A stretch of DNA of 36,904 bases from positions 1-36,904 of the forward strand of contig CAYMJD010000001.1 of the NCBI GenBank assembly GCA_964390895.1. Reading direction: 5' to 3'. The notes beneath the pieces are model-generated. The model worked only from the letters and a program-made list of their open reading frames with translations. It was not told where the DNA came from and did not search any database. The translations under genes and the position numbers were made by a program. Position 1 is the first letter of the stretch; the number at the start of each line of letters is the position of its first letter. This document shows, one piece after another, positions 32,076 to 36,904 of the stretch. This DNA is from Candidatus Micrarchaeota archaeon. GTDB lineage: Archaea; Micrarchaeota; Micrarchaeia; Micrarchaeales; Micrarchaeaceae.

Positions 32076-33076
32076 TGCGGTTTTTCATGGGCAACATAAT
32101 AGAGATAAAAAACCTTGTCAAGAGGTTTGGCAACCTCACCGCAGTGGACAACATAAGCCTAAACATAGGGGGAGGCAAGATATACGGCCTCCTGGGGCCG
32201 AACGGCGCGGGCAAGACAACCACCATAAGCCTTGTCCTCGGGATAGAGAGGCCCACGAGCGGCCGCATATTCGTGGATGGCATGGACAACATGGTCCACA
32301 GGTCGAAGATTAAGCAGATCATAGGCTTCATGACCCAGGAGACGATTGTCGATGCAGACCTTACCGCTTACGAAAATCTTGAGATTGCCGGAAGACTGTA
32401 TCACATCTACGGGGAGGAGCTAGAGGGGGCGATAAGGAATGCGTTGGACGAGGCAGAGCTCACAGAATTCGCGTACAAGAAAGCTGGCTCGTTCTCAGGA
32501 GGTATGAAAAGGCGGCTCTATCTGGTAAAGTCGATGATACAGAGGCCGAAGATACTCATACTCGACGAGCCGACAACAGGGCTCGACGTGCATAACAGAG
32601 TCCAGATGTGGGAGCACATAAAGGAGCTCAACAAGCGCGGGATTACCATAATACTGACGACGCAGTACCTAGAGGAGGCGGACCAGCTCTGCAACGAGAT
32701 ATCCGTAATTGACCACGGGAAGATAATAGCTACAGGAACTCCATCAGAGCTCAAGAAGGCGGTATCGAAGGGCCAGATCCTCGAGATAATAACCACCAAG
32801 GAGACATGCGAGAGGGTCTCAAGGCTTCTAAAGTCGAAGTTCTCGCTTGCGGCAACCGCAAAGGACGACAAGGTCGAGGCGTTCATAGAGAAGGAACCGT
32901 TCCAGACGTTCTCGAGGATAATGGACGTGCTTGTCAGGGAGAAGCTGCCGATAATATCCATAAGCATGCACCTTCCGACAATGGACGACGTCTTCATAAA
33001 GCTGACGGGCTCATCGCTGAGGGACAAGGTCGGGGAGCAGAAGTCCGGGCGCGACAGGGTTTTCCTGAATAGGTGA
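32075..33076 (+). CDS. ABC transporter ATP-binding protein (ABC-2/DrrA-type)
   Basis: Walker A is GLLGPNGAGKTTT, the Q-loop is MTQE, the signature is FSGGMKRRL, Walker B is ILILDEPTTGLD and the H-loop is TTQY. The track ORF 31847..33076 carries a spurious N-terminal extension across padR. I chose ATG 32075 (TGATG overlap with the padR stop); ATG 32087 is an alternative. Confidence 0.9.
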   Translation: MRFFMGNIIEIKNLVKRFGNLTAVDNISLNIGGGKIYGLLGPNGAGKTTTISLVLGIERPTSGRIFVDGMDNMVHRSKIKQIIGFMTQETIVDADLTAYENLEIAGRLYHIYGEELEGAIRNALDEAELTEFAYKKAGSFSGGMKRRLYLVKSMIQRPKILILDEPTTGLDVHNRVQMWEHIKELNKRGITIILTTQYLEEADQLCNEISVIDHGKIIATGTPSELKKAVSKGQILEIITTKETCERVSRLLKSKFSLAATAKDDKVEAFIEKEPFQTFSRIMDVLVREKLPIISISMHLPTMDDVFIKLTGSSLRDKVGEQKSGRDRVFLNR

Positions 33077-33080
33077 GCGC

Positions 33081-34199
33081 ATGGGCAACCTCGGGGATAC
33101 AGCAACGCTATACAAGCGCGAAATGCTCATATTCAAGAGCCATCTGAGGACCAACATAATCCGCTCCATAATATTCCCATTGATAATAATAGGGGTCTTC
33201 GGGAACCTGGGCGCGAGCGCCTTCGGGATAAAGGTCGCTGTCGTGAACTACGCAGGCAATCCTTCCTCCCTCTCGTTCATAAACTCCCTGCAATCCAACC
33301 AATTGGCTTACATAGAAACGATAACGGGCCAGAGCGAGGCGCTGAAGCTCCTCTCCGACGGCAAGGTCACTGCTGTCGTCGTCATACTTCCCTCGTTCCC
33401 CGAGCAGAGCAACGGCAACCCCCCCGTGAAAATCTATTATTCCAACCTCGACGTGGCGTCGAGCGGCGCAGTGGTGCCCTTTCTGCAGAGCAAGGCGGAG
33501 AGCTTCGGCAGCGCAGCCTCAACCGCGCAGAAGAGCGCGCAGCAGCCGCAGGGCAGCGTCTCAATAAGCCCGCTGTACGGCACCACAAGCAACTACAAGG
33601 TGTTCATTATGGGGGGCATATTCGCGATGGTGGCGGGCTTCGGCACCATATTCGGGAGCGGCATGTCGATAATCACAGACAAACAGCTGGGCAACATGAA
33701 GTCCTTCCTCATAAGCCCGATAAACAACATATCCATAGTGATGAGCAAGATACTCGCGGGATTCACGCAGACGCTCCTCTACGTAATCCTCGCCCTCATG
33801 ATAGGCCTGCTTTTCGGGGCATCTGTAGCGATGGGCCCTGTAGGCATACTCTGGATAATAGTGCTCGGAGGAATGATAGGGCTAGGATTCGCCGGCATAA
33901 CGGTAATACTCGCCTCCAGAATAGAGAAGGTGGAGGTGTACACGATACTGGCCCAGGTGCTGGTCCTTCCCATGTGGTTCCTTTCTGGAGCGTTCTTCCC
34001 CACGACCGGCTTGCCGAGTTTCCTGCAACCGTTCGTGGCCGCAAACCCTATGACGTATGCAACGAACGGCATAAGGGATGTCATGATGATAGGCTATTTC
34101 CCTGCCACGCACATACTCCTGGACATGGGGGTATTGGGTGCGTTTGTTGTCGTGGGCATTGCGCTGAGCCTGGTGTTCTTCAAGAGTTACGTTGATTAA
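33081..34199 (+). CDS. ABC-2 type transporter permease
   Basis: The 372-aa protein has an N-terminal TM segment, a large extracytoplasmic loop and a C-terminal cluster of 5 TM segments, the typical ABC2_membrane topology. An AGGTGA Shine-Dalgarno motif lies 5 nt upstream. Confidence 0.8.
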   Translation: MGNLGDTATLYKREMLIFKSHLRTNIIRSIIFPLIIIGVFGNLGASAFGIKVAVVNYAGNPSSLSFINSLQSNQLAYIETITGQSEALKLLSDGKVTAVVVILPSFPEQSNGNPPVKIYYSNLDVASSGAVVPFLQSKAESFGSAASTAQKSAQQPQGSVSISPLYGTTSNYKVFIMGGIFAMVAGFGTIFGSGMSIITDKQLGNMKSFLISPINNISIVMSKILAGFTQTLLYVILALMIGLLFGASVAMGPVGILWIIVLGGMIGLGFAGITVILASRIEKVEVYTILAQVLVLPMWFLSGAFFPTTGLPSFLQPFVAANPMTYATNGIRDVMMIGYFPATHILLDMGVLGAFVVVGIALSLVFFKSYVD

Positions 34200-34208
34200 G
34201 GTGAATAT

Positions 34209-35828
34209 ATGCAAAACAGACTTGTGAAAACAGGGATTCTCTTTGCGGTCGTGATGCTAGCGATCGCCGCCATGCCGGCGATCCACGCGCAGACCACCAC
34301 AGCAAGCGTCGACGGCGCGCTCTCCATAACAGACCTAAAGGTATCGCCAAACCCGGTGATCGCCGGGGACAACATAACAGTGAGCTTCAGGCTCTTCAAT
34401 TCCTATTCGCAATCGCTGACCAACGTCAACCTTGCATTGACATCTGGCAGCAGAATCTTCAACGTCTCCCCCGCGAACAGCTACCTCATCAACTCAGTAG
34501 GCACAGGCCTTTATGGCGGCATAGGATATGACGTTCTTGTCTACTCGTTCCACATACCTTCCGACTTTCAATCCGGGCTTTACACGATCGATGTGACAGC
34601 TAACTACCAGACGTCTGCGCAAGGCTCTTCAACTGCACTTTTCGGCGAGTCTGTAATGCCGATAAACCTATACATATACGGCAAGCCGCGGATAAGCTTC
34701 AACATAGTGCCGGAGCAGCCCCTCTCTCCAGGGAGCTCTGTCACGATCGCGATCAACGCGGTCAACACAGGCACAGACAACGCGACAAACGTGACTGCAA
34801 GGATACTGGATTCCGGCAGCTTCTCTGTAGCAGGGCAGAACCAGTTCAACTTCGGCAAGATAGCAGCGGGCTCGTCCAGCCAGGTTACCACCGGTCTGCA
34901 CGTAGCAAGCAGCGTAAGCTACGGCACAAGCAACCTCACCATATTCACGAGCTACCAGGGCAGCACAGGGCGCTACAGCGAGGCGGCAAACGTGCCCATA
35001 AGCATGGCGTTGGGCTCGCCCAACATAGTGGTCAGCGTATCCGGAGCTGCCCCGCAGCAGCTCTATTCAGGAACGAACCAGACGCTCAGCCTCCTTGTGC
35101 AGAACACCGGCGACGGCATAGCAAGGAACGTGACAGTTGCGGCGAACGGGACTGACATGCTCTCAATAGGCAGTTCAACAAGCAGCTTCTTCATAGGCGC
35201 CCTTGATCCAGGGCAGTCTGCCACAGAAAGCTTACTCATAAACGCGAACACGAGCACTGGAAGCAGCGCGTATATTCCGCTGCGCATATCATACTCTGCA
35301 GCGAACAACCAGAACGCGACTTCTGTAACGCAGAAGCTCGGCATAAATGTAGCTCCCGGCGCCGTGTTCTCTGTCAGGTCCGCCAATTCGTTGCTGAGCC
35401 CGGGGAGCGCATACTCGCCGATAACCTTGAGCATAGAGAACATAGGCAACGAGGCGGCGAAGGAGATAACGTTCTCATTGCAGACCATATACCCACTGAG
35501 CCCTGTCTCAGGCAGCGCATACATAGGGTACCTTGCGCCGAACAGCACCGCAAACGCGACGTTCTATGTCAGCGTAGACAGCAACGGCAAGGACGGCTCG
35601 TATCCCCTAACAATATACGGGCAGTGGAAGCAGCCGAACGCGGCCATCAGCCAGCTCTTCACAGGGTCGAACAACTACTTCGCAGACGTCTCTGCGCCGA
35701 AAGGCTCTGGCCAGGCAGGTCCCTACGCAGCAGCGGCTGCTTCTGTCATAGCGATAATTGCAGCGCTGTTGATAAGGAAAAGGGCAAAGGCTAAAAGGCT
35801 GCAGGTAAGAGTAAAGAGCAAGGGTTGA
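34209..35828 (+). CDS. secreted, C-terminally membrane-anchored surface protein with repeated CARDB/COG1361 (S-layer-domain-like) beta-sandwich modules
   Basis: The signal peptide is MQNRLVKTGILFAVVMLAIAAMPAIHA|Q. Four or five repeats of about 100 aa have the pattern ...PNPV/PG..vTi.i.v.NtG...A.NV.... The C-terminal TM helix AAAAASVIAIIAALLI is followed by the basic tail RKRAKAKRLQVRVKSKG. An AGGTGA Shine-Dalgarno motif lies upstream. Confidence 0.75.
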   Translation: MQNRLVKTGILFAVVMLAIAAMPAIHAQTTTASVDGALSITDLKVSPNPVIAGDNITVSFRLFNSYSQSLTNVNLALTSGSRIFNVSPANSYLINSVGTGLYGGIGYDVLVYSFHIPSDFQSGLYTIDVTANYQTSAQGSSTALFGESVMPINLYIYGKPRISFNIVPEQPLSPGSSVTIAINAVNTGTDNATNVTARILDSGSFSVAGQNQFNFGKIAAGSSSQVTTGLHVASSVSYGTSNLTIFTSYQGSTGRYSEAANVPISMALGSPNIVVSVSGAAPQQLYSGTNQTLSLLVQNTGDGIARNVTVAANGTDMLSIGSSTSSFFIGALDPGQSATESLLINANTSTGSSAYIPLRISYSAANNQNATSVTQKLGINVAPGAVFSVRSANSLLSPGSAYSPITLSIENIGNEAAKEITFSLQTIYPLSPVSGSAYIGYLAPNSTANATFYVSVDSNGKDGSYPLTIYGQWKQPNAAISQLFTGSNNYFADVSAPKGSGQAGPYAAAAASVIAIIAALLIRKRAKAKRLQVRVKSKG

Positions 35829-35832
35829 TGGT

Positions 35833-36708
35833 TTGGGAATCAAAGACTTGGGGTTCTCAGGTACAGTGGACAAGCTCATGCAGAAGTACGGCATACCCCA
35901 GTGGCTCAAGCCCTACATATACAGCTATATAAAGCGGAACCCGGTAAATGCTATAAAGCGCGCGACTAGCTTCATAGACATACGGAGGAAAAAGGGAGAA
36001 ATAACAAAGGACTACGTGAAGCTGCCGAACGGCATGACATTCAAGATGGAGTTCATAAGCCACATACTCAACCTCTTCTATTATGGGGAAACGAGGCTTG
36101 AGAGCATCTACGCCGCATGGTCGAAGGAGCAGCTCCTCGCAAGCCCGGAATACAGGAAGAGGTTCGCAGAGCTCTCTGCACTGTCGAAAAGGCATTCCAG
36201 GGCGATAAGGAACCTAATGGAGGGGCTGGGCATAAAAATAGAGCCTGTCAAGAAGAGCGTGTCAGACGTATTCGACCACTTTGAGTCTGTGAAGGGCCAG
36301 GACGACAGGCTCATAATCTCAGGCATAGTGCTCAAGTACGCTTACTCGTTCCCGTTCGGCTTCGTGTTCTACAGGGCTTTCTACCCAGTGTCGAGCGAGT
36401 TCATGAGATCGTTCGGAAAGGCGTTCACAGCCAACACAGAGCTTTCAAACTGGCTAACTGAAGAGGCGAAAAGCATATGCATCCGCTCCGCAGACAGGGC
36501 GCACGTGCTTTCAATAATTACAGAGACGCTCCGCATGACATCCTCGTCCATAGACGCGGAGCTGCCCGTCGCCAAAAAGTCCGGCATAGCGGATGAGATG
36601 CTGCTGCTCCGCGACGTCTCCATCGCATATCCATTGGAAGAGCTGGGGAAGCTCGGATTCGACATTGATGTCGAGAAGGAGGTATCGAGGATAAGCAAGG
36701 GCAGGTAA
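35833..36708 (+). CDS. hypothetical protein (predominantly helical), last gene of the PadR-ABC operon
   Basis: A 291-aa ORF immediately follows the CARDB gene (4-nt spacer). It has no signal peptide or TM segment and no family motif I can name. The start is uncertain: TTG 35833 or ATG 35878. Confidence 0.5.
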   Translation: MGIKDLGFSGTVDKLMQKYGIPQWLKPYIYSYIKRNPVNAIKRATSFIDIRRKKGEITKDYVKLPNGMTFKMEFISHILNLFYYGETRLESIYAAWSKEQLLASPEYRKRFAELSALSKRHSRAIRNLMEGLGIKIEPVKKSVSDVFDHFESVKGQDDRLIISGIVLKYAYSFPFGFVFYRAFYPVSSEFMRSFGKAFTANTELSNWLTEEAKSICIRSADRAHVLSIITETLRMTSSSIDAELPVAKKSGIADEMLLLRDVSIAYPLEELGKLGFDIDVEKEVSRISKGR

Positions 36709-36904
36709 ACCTTCTCATGGTCCGGAAGCAGGGAATAGGCCGCCGTAAGGGCACACAAGCAGAAGCAATATATATCTTCTAAGCGAAGATGGATAAAAGA
36801 GATGGCGGGGCAATGGTTGTTGTAGCAAAGAAAACCAGGGAAGTCTGCGATTCCGTAGGAACACTATCGAACGAGGAGGTAATGGAACGCGCATCCAGTG
36901 TCAT

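Noticed and set aside
36789-36904. Partial plus-strand ORF at the window end (MDKRDGGAMVVVAKKTREVCDSVGTLSNEEVMERASSV...)
   Set aside because: Only 38 codons are visible and no motif is recognisable. It may be a real gene start, but it cannot be supported from this fragment.

Overview
The window is an archaeal chromosomal segment. Archaeal markers are aIF5B, Hjc resolvase, Rpo4/RpoF, DUF655, Sec61-beta/SecG, class III (type IV pilin-like) signal peptides, AT-rich TATA-like boxes about 20-30 nt upstream of many starts, and GGTGA-type Shine-Dalgarno motifs inside operons. Gene content and the pilin N-termini (KAQSAVEYLTTYGWA) suggest a DPANN/Micrarchaeota-like or Thermoplasmata-like organism, but that is only an inference.

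Positions 1-17.8 kb are mostly housekeeping genes: a Hef-like helicase fragment, NYN-domain protein, TPR-AAA ATPase, class II LysRS, HAD hydrolase, tRNA-Leu(CAG), APC permease, Obg-like GTPase, Sec61-beta, ArgRS, Hjc, NDK, DUF59, aIF5B and a GNAT-DUF655-RpoF operon.

Positions 17.9-31.6 kb hold the most interesting system, a compact type IV filament (Epd/Tad-like, non-archaellum) locus made of two convergent operons.
- The plus-strand operon encodes a MoxR AAA+ ATPase followed by five proteins with class III signal peptides. These are one small candidate major pilin, two very large multi-LamG (concanavalin-like) glycoprotein-type adhesins, one small minor pilin and one DUF2341-like protein.
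- The minus-strand operon encodes a wHTH/coiled-coil protein, a FlaI/TadA-type secretion ATPase, a second coiled-coil protein and a split TadB/TadC-like membrane platform.
- The two LamG genes share a 343-nt cassette at about 91% identity.

Positions 31.7-36.7 kb carry a PadR - ABC ATPase - ABC-2 permease - CARDB/S-layer-like surface protein - hypothetical operon. An AT-rich, ORF-poor region next to the tRNA-Leu gene contains nested inverted repeats and two strong hairpins (MITE-like or ncRNA-like). No CRISPR array, rRNA gene or obvious transposase or integrase was seen.
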